From the NCBI GenBank assembly GCA_024626585.2, contig JANKJI020000004.1:47501889-47538321 (forward strand): 36,433 bases of DNA, in the 5' to 3' direction. Source of the stretch: Ginkgo biloba (lineage: Eukaryota > Plantae > Ginkgophyta). Below the pieces are notes generated by a model. The model was not told the origin of the DNA, searched no databases, and was given only the letters and a program-made list of their open reading frames with translations. How positions within the stretch are numbered: position 1 is the first letter of the stretch; each line of letters begins with the position of its first letter. Shown in pieces: positions 10,581 to 21,738 of this stretch. A program made the translations under genes and the position numbers.

Positions 10581-11701
10581 ACTATCGTTGGATCAACAGA
10601 CCGAGCTTGTCAGTGAGGTAGGAACTGATAGTGTCGATAGAGCAATGGACAGATAGGTTCTATCAAAATGTGCAAACTGATGTAAGATGGCCGTGCAGAG
10701 GCAAACAGGTGACAGTCCATATTGATGAAGGCTAAGACTGACCTACGTCGGTGGGCTAGAACTCAAAGGAAGACATGAAGATGAAAAAATCTCACCAGTG
10801 AGCAATCAGTCATTGCAGAAGTTAAAGCTCACCTAACAAACCTGTTAGGGAAGAAAGAGTCATTTGATGCGAGAAAAATTAACCCATTGGATTAGAAGCT
10901 ATAAGTATGCCTTACAGGAAGTCATTGAGGGGGGGGCTAAGAGATCAGAGTAATGAAGTGCTGCCAGTTTGGAGAGTGATCTGGAAAAGCAAGAAAATAT
11001 CTAAGGCTGACAATTGAGAGAGCTGTGGAGAAGAGGGGGAAGGAAGCAGCGATTACTGTNNNNNNNNNNNNNNNNNNNNNNNNNNNNNNNNNNNNNNNNN
11101 NNNNNNNNNNNNNNNNNNNNNNNNNNNNNNNNNNNGATAACTTAGAGGAGAGCTCAAAGTGAGTTGCACGGAGTGAACCACTGAGAAAGGTCATGGTGAT
11201 AAGGCATCATATAGTAGTCAGCGAAGAGTGATAAATCTAAGTGTCAGATCCATACCGATGATGTTGCACCGTGGAGTTTGTATGCATAAGTTGAAAAGTG
11301 TAAGTTGTAAAGCCATGAAGCTATTCTAGAGAACCATTAAGCATTGTAATAGGCNNNNNNNNNNNNNNNNNNNNNNNNNNNNNNNNNNNNNNNNNNNNNN
11401 NNNNNNNNNNNNNNNNNNNNNNNNNNNNNNNNNNNNNNNNNNNNNNNNNNNNNNAGCAAGCAAACCTAAATATTATCATACGAAGAAGGGGGGATGATGG
11501 CTTCTAGCTCATAATTTCACTTTGTGGCATCATATATGAGGAGGATTCAATATTTCCCCCCTACTTATACATATGGGACAATCATTCAACTGACATTCAT
11601 GATGGCAACCCCTCGCATCTTTTAACACTGTGAAAAATTGTAGCTCTGACTCCAAGTGATCAGAGAGGAGNNNNNNNNNNNNNNNNNNNTTCCGTTGGAT
11701 C

Positions 11702-11779
11702 ATTGTATATGGAGATACATCCACCTCTTCCCTCCTCTTATAGTTCCATTATTGTATATGGAGATACATCCACCTCTTC
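11702..11779 (+). repeat. 29-bp exact direct repeat, period 49
   Basis: ATTGTATATGGAGATACATCCACCTCTTC at 11702-11730 and 11751-11779. Confidence 0.95.
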
Positions 11780-11789
11780 AATTGATTGT

Positions 11790-11823
11790 TATTACCACTA
11801 CCCATATATGGGTAGTGGTAATA
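11790..11823. repeat. Perfect 34-bp palindrome
   Basis: TATTACCACTACCCATATATGGGTAGTGGTAATA is its own reverse complement. It extends to 11784-11829 with one mismatched pair. Confidence 0.97.
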
Positions 11824-12105
11824 CCAATCTATGGGGGGCAATGCAAAAATTTTTTGCTCAAGGATTGAGTGGAAATAAATGAATAGAGAAATGAATAGTA
11901 GATCCTTGAAAATCCCTTTCCAAAGCTTCTAGCGATACCAACAAGGTAATTGGAGTTAAGTCATATCTCTTGTGGTCTTCTACTTTGATATAATAGGGAA
12001 GTTCCTAGCCAAGCGAATATAGATCAAAGTTAGATTGTATGCCTCTCAAGTAGAGGATATGGGTCTAATTCCCGCTATCTATAGAATAAATTAGAGGGGA
12101 ATAAA

Positions 12106-13886
12106 CCATTCCTGGCAAGCACCTTAGCAACAACATTTGCTAGTACAGGGATGTAGCTTCTTTTGAGGTCAACGTCCTCCCCTATTACATTAATAAAAGT
12201 GCTCACTCAAAAAGCAAGGCCTTCATTATTATAGATGATAGTATCTTTGAGATGTCACTCGCCAATGGTCGATAGGAATCAAGCTTGGTCGAAAATAAGA
12301 AAAGGGCAAAAGACATCTCTTCGCCTCTAAAAATAGTAGTTTTCTGGGTACTCCAAATCGAAGGATCTATAGCTTGATGGAATACCACCCAACCAATCAG
12401 GCCCATTTTAGATCAAGACTTGGAGCCCTCTTTGCCACTCATTCATCTAGTTCAAGGGTTTCTTTCACATGGGAAGATAGTATCATCATCATGTACGTCC
12501 TAACACCTTCTTATGAGGTTGAATCGGGTCTCCACTCTATCTATCATGCATTCATATCGACTGTAAATGCCTGGATATGTATGTAGGAGCCAATGAGATG
12601 ATGTGGTTCTTACCTTGTATCATGGGGAAGAGATAAAACCCATGAGGTGAACTATATTATTCAGATATAGGGGGGTGACCCATCCTTGATTCTTATAAGT
12701 TACTTCCATTGAGAGGTGAAGAATGGCTCATTGATTCCTAAGGTGTGAGTGGGAGAGATATCTTTTCGAGTGTGAGGAGAGTGTTTCACGATGCCCATCT
12801 TCACAGAAGTTATGTGAGTAGGAGCTTTATGATCATTTTGGATAGGTGGAAGGACCAAACCTTCATATTCATCATGGAACAATCCTCCTATTGATTGGCA
12901 CAGAAGCTATCCAATCCACTACAAAGAAGCTTAGCTACTTTGCCTGCTAGCCCCTTCATCGAGTGGGATCTTCCCACTTACTAGTGAGCTTAGCCAACAA
13001 CCTCTATCCTATTTTAAGGGATGAGAGCCTAGAATCCTACGTTCCCCCCTAGGGCTAGATGAACGATATTCTATCGTNNNNNNNNNNNNNNNNNNNNNNN
13101 NNNNNNNNNNNNNNNNNNNNNNNNNNNNNNNNNNNNNNNNNNNNNNNNNNNNNNNNNNNNNNNNNNNNNNNNNNNNNGTTATTAGCTCCTCAATCGCTCT
13201 CACCGGTAAGTCATTTTATTATGGAGAAATGACTTCTCATGTGGATGAAGAGCCTAATGCACCCTTTATCTCATATTTACACAGAATCCTTATTCTAAAG
13301 AATAAGTAACCTCTAGTTCCTTTCTTCTTATTCAAAAAATCACTGCATTCATAGCTCCTTCCCCTCTCTACGTTAAGGAAAGGTATAATGTTGATGTTCA
13401 TTTACTCATGTCTTGCTCACATTCGTTCACTTTCTAACTGGAAATAAGTTGAGGCCCATGGGGAGGTATGTTTCCTCATCCTCTCCATGTTCAGAGGGAA
13501 AGGGAAAACCCCCTCCTTCATCTAGCTAATATGGGAGAGCAACGAGTGACATCTTATTTTTTATGCTATCCACAAAGCGAAGCAATCGAGATATGTCCAG
13601 GGTCAGATCACTAGCAAACTAAGGGATATTGATTACTTAATGAACCGATCTCACCACAGCTAAGGAAGGTATGAGGAACCCATCGGATCTGTTAGATACT
13701 TACTACTGATTCAACTCCAACAATTAAAGTGCTTCTAGCCTTGGCCTCCCAACCAACTTTCTCAGTTATCCAGCAAACCCAAAGAACCATCATTAGACCA
13801 ACCTTATTGATTGCTTCTATGTTGGAGGTAACTAACCACCCTTTGTTGGTTGGTCGGGGGACGATTTTGAAGCCTCTTTCTTGATA
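12106..13886 (+). pseudogene. Decayed long ORF of unknown function, plus-strand unit, left of the LTR insertion
   Basis: The 12374-13077 frame has 234 codons with 7 TGA, 3 TAG and no TAA (...CGSYLVSWGRDKTHEVNYIIQI*GGDPSLILISYFH*EVKNGSLIPKV*VGEI...). 13178-13886 continues in a single frame (...GEVCFLILSMFRGKGKTPSFI*LIW...RYLLLIQLQQ...). Confidence 0.55.
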
Positions 13887-14812
13887 TGATGCAGGAGCAT
13901 CCTGCAATCACTATGTCGATAGACCGACAAGCATCGGCTAGGGAAAAATTGATGAGCGCTGACTAAAAAGAGAACTGACTTTGTTGGTGAGGAGAAAATT
14001 AACATTGTCAATGAAGGAAGAATCTGTCATCTGTCAGTGGAGTAAACCGACAAGTATTGGGCGGCAGTCAACCAACATTGTCGACGAGATAGCAAACTGA
14101 CATACATTGGTGGAGGACCGACATACCTCGTCGAATAATACTAAACTGATGAGAGGTAGCAACTACAGAGGCAGGAAGAACTTGGACAAGACCAATGAAG
14201 GGCAGGACTAACTTGCATTGATGAACCAAAATACAAAGAAAAACATTATGAAGGACATTGGTGAAGAAGAAATGCTTCTGTAAATGTTGCAGTCATTAAT
14301 GCTGGAGCCATTACTGAGTAAATTCTCACCTAACTGAGTCGTTGAGGCCACAAGAGATATTGAGCATGATAACAAGGGATCCTTTGGATCTGAGTCTATA
14401 AATATAACATGCAAGGAGTCATTTGAGATATTCTAGAGAGAGTAACAAAGTGTTGCTAGATTACAGAGCGAGTTGGAGAATAGTTGAGCTAAGATATCAC
14501 AGAGGAGAATTCATAGCAAACGATGAACAGATAGTCATTAGTGGAGCAGAGTAAGGCTAAGGAAAAGATAATTCTTCCAAGATAGTTGTAGGATAAGGAT
14601 TCACTGAGCAGAACGCTAAGAGAGGCAGCTCCTGGGTTGAACAATTTAATTTTGGAAAGTCGCACCATGGGATTTGCATTCTTATTTTAGGGAGCGAGTA
14701 TTATAAAGTCATGAGGTTGTATCACAAAGCTAGTGGGTAATTGTATAGGTCATGGGTCGTATTCCTAAATCCAGTTGGAAGTGCATGTAAGGGCGAAGGC
14801 CCAGAATTATAT
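13887..14812 (+). mobile_element. LTR (probable solo LTR) inserted into the unknown ORF
   Basis: Starts TGATGCAGGAGCATCC, like 10321, with no PPT before it. TATAAATA is at 14397. It shares ATGTAAGGGC.AAGGCCCAGAATTATA and GGATTCAC.GAGCA.AACGC with 26571-27189. The 3' end lies in a gap. Confidence 0.85.
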
Positions 14813-14912
14813 NNNNNNNNNNNNNNNNNNNNNNNNNNNNNNNNNNNNNNNNNNNNNNNNNNNNNNNNNNNNNNNNNNNNNNNNNNNNNNNNNNNNNNNN
14901 NNNNNNNNNNNN

Positions 14913-17900
14913 GTGACAGATCCAAAATATTTAGTCCTTAGCACCCAAGATCTCATGCAAGAACTCTATGCTTTCCCACTGCTAGAGGGAACCTGATTTG
15001 GTTGGACTAGATCAAAATGGCTCAAGCGTGCAATGTCTATGAGACATGGGACTGTGATGGAGGGATAGCACCCAACTCTAACTCTAGCTTTAAGCTTACT
15101 CATGGCCGTAACTTGCAGCCTTTATTACAAGGAATGATTCTGTAGAGGGAATATGGTTTATGGACGTGATGGAAGCATCTCGTATATCTAAATATATGCT
15201 TTGGGAAATAAACCTACTATCCATGGCCTATTCAATTTTTCCCACTAACACATAAGAAAGTTCTTATTATCCATGGACTATGTAGATATCATCTGATACC
15301 CCTTTCATTTTTTAATAGGGGGTCCTTCACTTAATAGTAACCTGGGAGGGAGCTTCCCTGATGTGCTTGCTCAAATTTTGGGCGATCGAGCTATCCCTAG
15401 GAATGACGGACTAGCTATCAAGATTGACAAGGTGGTGGGTGGTGAAGTTTATTTCCTGATTCAGATCAATAGTTAAATCTTAGATTCATCGGATCAAGAG
15501 TGATAATACAGAAATACATCTGGTGGGCAAACAACATTTCGATTCTACATGGTGCCAAAAATATTCTCATTTTGTCCAACGTGAATAACAAGGACGAGTA
15601 TATTCTCGAATATTATCCGTGAGCAGAGAAGTAAGAGAATTGATGATCGGTGTAAACCAAACCCATATTATTTCGTCCTATTCTAAAGACTCATTGGAGT
15701 ATGTCATCGATAATACTTCTTATTGATGGATGCATAGCCTATTCGATTTGGAAAAAAACTCATATGAAGGTTGGACCCGGTACTCGGGCGGGGGGAGAGC
15801 TACTCAGATGGAATGGGGACTATCTCACTCTTTTTTTGGCCCCTATTCTTTTGATATAGGGGATGAAGTGGCTTGCAACTAGCCCCATTATATGAAAGAG
15901 TTCCAATGAGCAAACAAATTAACCTAACCNNNNNNNNNNNNNNNNNNNNNNNNNNNNNNNNNNNNNNNNNNNNNNNNNNNNNNNNNNNNNNNNNNNNNNN
16001 NNNNNNNNNNNNNNNNNNNNNNNNNNNNNTATTGGAGTTATACTTTTGGATGAGCCTTCCCTTGAATGGATGAGGAATTCATAGAGGAGGATTTATTTTA
16101 AACTTATGCTCGATCTACCTTTGAGGAGTGAAGGATCCGTGATCTTCGTCATATATTATTCTGTCAAAGAGACTCAACCTTTTTTCCAATAATTAATAGT
16201 GTCCAAGCGATCGAGAGGGAAACAGAGGCAGAAGCTGGCTCTTTGATTTCCACTAATTCCCCCCATAATCATCCAATCCTTTGAATCACTATGGATCGTA
16301 AAGTATTTTTCCTTCCCCTTGAGCCCAATGAGAGACCTTCACTTCACCTATTACATTCATATGTGTTATGAACGAGTCATATTTAAATTTTTCTAGTGGT
16401 ATTTATCGGTTGGTTGATCTCATATCCCTAGGGGGTGGCGGCTACACTACCATAAAGTATTAACGGATCCTAGGGCTTTCAGATTGAACTTGATTACTAC
16501 TCGTACTCTGAATATAGATTGAAGGAGAGGCACCCCCCCTTACTTGATCAATAATAGGAGAAATACTTGAACCCTTCATTCTACTAAATAGGTCTTGTGT
16601 CAGGTCCCCAATCTAAGCCCAACTTCTCAGTCTGTTCGCATGCATTTACACTAAATCCATTATAATTTGGCCATGAGATGATGCCTTCACCCCAACAGAA
16701 GCTCTTCCTTATTATTCTCATTGACCCGATCTAATCCACTATTATAATAATCAAAAGGGAGAAAAAGGAAGGTTGTCCAAACCAGACCGAATACCCACCC
16801 TATTACTCGACACCAGAGCGTCCCTCCCTGGTCACCCCATCCTTAAGAAATATGCAGCTATTAGATAACTAAACAATTACTAATGAGAAGTTTATCTGGT
16901 TACTAGTTTGAGTAATCATTCAAACCAATGGCTACATAGGATAGATCGATCCCTTCTTATGCCATGTGATATATCGATTCCCGCACCAGATGAAGCCAAG
17001 TTAATACACGAATCAACGCACTCATTAGCACTTGAAATAACTATAACTCACCAAACAAATAAATTTTGGTTATAGGTTACACGATAGCGCTTCAAAATGC
17101 AGTGGGAACTTGGGCAAACTTAACGGCTAGGATGATTAATCAGATCTGACCATGGCTAGACTGGAAGAAACATAAATAGTTTGATCGGATCTAATTACCT
17201 AGGGACATGAATAGAGAGTAGGATCCAACCCTTCTATTTATTTATTAGATAGGGAAATAATGATGGTCAATCCTAATATTATGATATCATGGGAAAGGGA
17301 CTAAAAAAGATTAGTATTTGGCTGTCCCAGATAAATTAAGGAGATCAACTGGCAACTCCATTTGACTGGGAGACTTAATCAATAGTTGAGGAAGAGGGAT
17401 CATCCCCACATCGACCATCCCATACGTAGGAGCTATTGGTAGGGGTATACCTTTTATGAATGTGGGGACGAGAAGGAGGGGTATACCTCTTACGAATGCA
17501 GAGAAGAAAAGGGANNNNNNNNNNNNNNNNNNNNNNNNNNNNNNNNNNNNNNNNNNNNNNNNNNNNNNNNNNNNNNNNNNNNNNNNNNNNNNNNNNNNNN
17601 NNNNNNNNNNNNNNCCCCAAATGGAACTTGAATAGGCCCCTTCCCTATTGATCTCTTTAGGTTCCCCCCATTTATTAAGAAATGAATTGGGGGGCTAGTC
17701 GCCCACCCTTTTAATAAAGTGAAAATGCCTGGTGTTGGCATATTATTATATATATCTATCTTTTGATACAGTCATACTCCCATGCTTACTATTAGTAAAT
17801 GAAGAACCCACCACCCAAAACCCCATATCTCCCTCTACCTTTACTACTTATATGAGAGTCTCTTCTTAGATATAGGAAAGGCAATAAATAGAACTAGATA

Positions 17901-18990
17901 AATAATTCCTTAACCAGATAAACCCACCTATTCCACATAATTCTTCTGGTTATGCCTGATCTTCTTTACTTTTTATATTCCCCCATGTAATGATGGAGTA
18001 CTTAGGATCAGCAAAATTCCTAAACCATAGAACCAACTGGTTTCACACTGATGAAGGGGGAACAACATTCAAATCAACGAGCCCAATAGTTTGGAAGATA
18101 TTTCAAGAAGAGGTTTCAGCACTGGTGTATCCCATATGTACTCCAGTTATTCAAAGTATCCCAATGGTGTAAGAAAATCACCTATATATCTCATTCCAGA
18201 GATATAAGTGTCTTACAGAGAATGGAAAGAAACATTCCATATCTGATTTTAAAGTATTCATATAGCACTTATTCCAATCCTCTATCTGGATGGAGGATTA
18301 CTTGTAGGATTAGCATAATGCTAATCCATATTTTACACGGTCAAGTGAACATCGTTTGCCAAGTGGTAATTACTTGGTCGTTTGGGAGAGAGGCCTAGGA
18401 TAAATTATTTCTTCATTTGTTTGATAAGGGTGGGGAAAGCATGGAATNNNNNNNNNNAGGGGAGGGCCCCTTACTGAATTGCCAGAATTATACAACGAAT
18501 AGGGCGATGCACGACCCAAGATTTGAGTCTATAAGGGAAAATTGCCTCAGATCTCACAATAGTTAAATGAAGAGCACAAGCACTCCAGTCAATGAAGTGC
18601 AAGGCTTGGTTGAAAAGAGAGTATAACACATGTCAATCCTGGTACCATTGATATAATATAATGCAAGAACTCATGCCCAAGTATATACCTATCCATTGGG
18701 TCATTACTCACCCTGAGATGGTTCCAAATCTCGGTGAGTCCATTACCTGCCAACCCCATCACTTACATGATCAGGGGTTGCTCGATCGAATATTACTATT
18801 CGATAGGTTAGTCTTTGATAGACCCATGTCACTGCTTAGATAGATAGAATCTTAGTCCTGGCCTCACTGCCCCATATGATACGCATAGAGACCCTTTCAG
18901 ATAGAATGGTACAAATAGCCGATTATTGACCATTCTAGAACTTGGATGAATGAATAAGAAGAGGGATCTCTCTTACTGGACCAAGTATAA
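14913..18990 (+). pseudogene. Decayed long ORF(s) of unknown function, plus-strand unit, right of the LTR insertion
   Basis: Protein-like read-through frames in every contig: ...GDRAIPRNDGLAIKIDKVVGGEVYFLIQINS*...KYIWWANNISILHGAKNILILSNVNNKDEYILEYYP; IGVILLDEPSLEWMRNS*RRIYFKLMLDLP...; 17615-18447 in one frame (...[26 protein letters not shown]); and MQELMPKYIPIHW...LLLDQV*. Several frameshifts are needed and some frames are ambiguous. Confidence 0.45.
17441..17512 (+). repeat. 36-bp (12-codon) imperfect tandem duplication
   Basis: AGGGGTATACCTTTTATGAATG at 17441 and AGGGGTATACCTCTTACGAATG at 17477. Confidence 0.85.
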
Positions 18991-19002
18991 AGAATTAATT
19001 CA

Positions 19003-21644
19003 TCAATCATCATTGCTCTTCTTCAAAGATATAAGTCTTTTACTATTATAGATATAACCAATAGTAAATGTATTACCATACAAATAGCTCTTTAATACNN
19101 NNNNNNNNNNNNNNNNNNNNNNNNNNNNNNNNNNNNNNNNNNNNNNNNNNNNNNNNNNNNNNNNNNNNNNNNNNNNNNNNNNNNNNNNNNNNNNNNNNAC
19201 TCCTTCGTCAACTATAATAGGAAAACCCCTATCTATTCGAGGCACTATGATTGATAGCACCATCTTGTAGCCCAACTAGCAATCCCAATAATAGGTGTAC
19301 TTACTCTAGCATAACCATAAACAACTGACTTTGACCTAGTAGTAGAGGACAAGGCAGGAAGGATCTTTGATAGCCTCTCCCTATATCTAAATGATAAAAA
19401 ATAAGCTAACCATTTTATTATTTGGATATTGGTAGAATGGACCTAAATAACTCACCCAATTGAGGGAAAGATAGATCTTTAATACTGGTCAAGCCAGCGT
19501 AAACTGCCTCCAACCACCTTTAGCATTGATAAAACGTTCCATGGGTGAATAAGAAGCGCATCCAGACCCTAAGTTGACATTCAATCCAAGCCAGTTCCTA
19601 ATATACCTCTGGGATCACACCGGGGGGAGATCCTAGTTTCTCTCATATATGTAATCCTCAGTTTCCCCCATAGATATAATCCTCATATGCAATCCTTCTC
19701 AGCCCATTAGGAGTTGAAGAAGGTATAACTACATATCCTTCTTTCGATATTAGTGGCCTCTCAGTCCATTCAGGAAGGGGGGATAATGATACCACTGTAG
19801 TGAAGGTGAAACCCTATCATGGAGTAAGGGTTTACCGGAATAAATGTTTGGGGTAGAAGTATGAAGGAGAGGGCCTTTAGACACTCAACCAACAGGAGAG
19901 GAACAAACCTGGCCGGGATCATTCTAATATGAACCTCACTATTGGTGATATAAATGATGACCTAGGTGGGTCTCTTGCATGCATAACGGCAAGGTCTTTA
20001 TTGCCAAGGGTAGAACATGGATGGGGGGTAACCCCAAATGATCAATGAGGGCCTTTAGCAATGAAAACTAAATGGGAAATAGCCTTTCTCTTGAATAATG
20101 AGTGAGGATGAGGGAGCCCCAACAGCCCCGTGGATGGATGACCAGATAGATGCCTTCCCTTCTTTATTTAAGGGGGGTGGTTAGGAAGGAGGAACAGGCC
20201 TTATGAGAATATAGACTTCATCCATTTGATCTGGTGGTATGGATGTCTAGGGTAGATCGATGCGGGTCTTTTCATGTGGCTTTACATTCACTATGACTCC
20301 TAATCTATTGTATAATGAGGAGCTCGCTCAAGTACTATAGAGGGAAGAACTCAGGAGGGATTATCGAAGAAACCCTCATGTAAGAGAGCTTGGTACATCT
20401 GGACACAGCCTTTTCCAAAAGAAAAGTGATGATCATAGCCTTTGGCTAAGTGATAATGACCATGGCCTTTGTTCATCCCACCCGTGCTGCCCCCAATGGT
20501 GGTTCATCACTTGGACAAGAAAGGATTTGCCTCCAGTAGTAAAGGTAGGTGTAATAATAAGACCTTCGCTAGCCTTTTCTTTCAGGAATAGGAAGGTTTC
20601 TTAACATCTACTTTATTAAGACTAAGAGATTAAAGAGATGGGTTCGCTAATCAACCTAAGCAGATGATATATTTTTCATTAGCCAATAGCAGACTCTAGG
20701 GAATGGGAGGGAAAGGACATAGAGGGAAAACTATAGATGCAAGACTTAAACTTGTGACCCCTAGTAGTCTGCTACTCCACTAACTGAGCTAATCTGGTAA
20801 AAAATATGGGTGCATCCCTTGCCTAAGAAAAGAGAGCCCTACACACAAGTAGCTACGATCTGTAGTCCCCTAGTGGATGAACCTTTGTCCCCCCCTTAGG
20901 AAGATCAAGTGTGATTGACAGGCCATTATGTTGTCAGTAGGATGCAGGATTCTAAGGGTCAGGCACTATCTAACCCCTAAATAAAGAAATAATGGATAAG
21001 GTAGCGGATTGAGAACTAGCTAGATCTTTGAATTCGTCACTGAAAGCCTTGTAACCATGATGAACAGAATTCGAATTCGAACCCCTCCTCTTTCTTTATT
21101 TAATTCAATAGGGAAAAGATTATAGGTTAGGTGGAATTCTTAATTATTGAGAGAAAACCCACTGTTACTTCCAAGACGTTTTTACCCAAACCCCCCACCT
21201 AGTCCAATAGCACTTTACCTTATTCATTTGATAAAGAAATGAATAAATGAAGGGGCGGGGAGGCTCTATAGTAAGTTCGTTGGCCCTAAGGAAATCTTCC
21301 TCGCTACACCCATCTTACGGACATGCCAGGCCTCGCCCTCAATTTGTTCTGAATGATCAATAGGGATATCCCTCGAGTGCAACGAGAGGAGGGCAAGCGC
21401 GGCGCTCAAGAACGATCAAAACACAAAAAACCTTATAATCGTATATGATGATTTCTGGAGAGGTACAGAAAAAAGATGTTTCGAGAAGCATGTAACGGTC
21501 ACCGGTTAACCGGTAGACACACAAAGGATCAGCCCGATGTTTTAGCAAGTCTTAAGTATCAGATGTGGCTGAGTCCATATTCCTGTTCATGTCCAATTTG
21601 GATTCGACCGTTCACCAAAGCGCCCTTTCGACTGTGAAATACAT
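19003..21644 (-). pseudogene. Decayed long ORF of unknown function, minus-strand unit
   Basis: A candidate ATG is at 21644. One frame reads through to about 20100 (MYFTVERALW*TVESK...LIVLERRACPP...HNGLSITLDLPKGG...KSFLVQVMNHHWGQHGWDE...DEVYILIRPVPP). The 19660-19199 part has about 154 codons with 6 TAG, 2 TGA and no TAA (...FFII*I*GEAIKDPSCLVLYY*...). It ends SKRLISLKKSNDD* across a gap. Confidence 0.5.
19636..19685. repeat. 25-bp imperfect tandem duplication that frameshifts the minus-strand ORF
   Basis: GTTTCTCTCATATATGTAATCCTCA and GTTTCCCCCATAGATATAATCCTCA. Both encode EDYIY on the minus strand, in different frames. Confidence 0.85.
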
Positions 21645-21738
21645 GTTCCCCCTCACTTCATTGGGCCCAAAGATTCCTTATCGGGAGCGAGAGGGGAGCC
21701 AAGATTACGCTCACAAGGCAGGAGGAGGCTGCCCGCCC

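Larger units (their letters stand above)
9771..11354 (+). mobile_element. Non-autonomous or internally deleted LTR retrotransposon (LTR end - PBS - about 240 bp - PPT - LTR)
   Basis: An LTR-like end ...CTACGTCA at 10057, PBS-like TGGTATTAGAG at 10059-10069, PPT GAAAGAAGGGGAG at 10306-10318, then an LTR starting TGATGCAGTAGCATCC at 10321. That LTR is homologous to 13887-14812 and 26571-27189 and has a TATA-like TATAAGTA at 10900. Confidence 0.75.

Noticed and set aside
10232-10616. ORFs with 8-aa repeats, or a CRISPR-like array
   Set aside because: These are translations of a 24-bp tandem repeat inside an LTR. There are no unique spacers and no cas genes, and the context is eukaryotic.
16912-16975. 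VIIQTNGYIG*IDPF as another copy of the IIQ..G..DP motif
   Set aside because: It lies in a frame other than the longer read-through frame of that contig. It shows that short motif matches can be chance, so it was not counted as evidence.
17441-17514. Zinc-knuckle-like YECGDEKEGYTSYEC
   Set aside because: It is a product of the 36-bp duplication, lacks CX2CX4HX4C spacing, and has no gag context.
19296-19319. Minus-strand YGYARVST, an exact serine-recombinase N-terminal motif
   Set aside because: The residues that follow (PIIGIASWATRW) lack the Q...L..Q and E..SG/R pattern. The motif is also in a different frame from the TAA-free, motif-bearing frame, so it is treated as coincidence.
12374-19660. 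Stops explained by U-to-C RNA editing or by a TGA=Trp genetic code
   Set aside because: The nuclear gag and the NUMT genes show the same stops plus G>A changes (TGG>TAG/TGA), and the 17441 duplication pairs TGA with CGA. Methylation-driven decay is sufficient.
19782-20170. Long plus-strand read-through frame
   Set aside because: It ends at a TAA near 20169 and shares no motifs with the other ORFs. It is best explained as the antisense shadow of the minus-strand unit.
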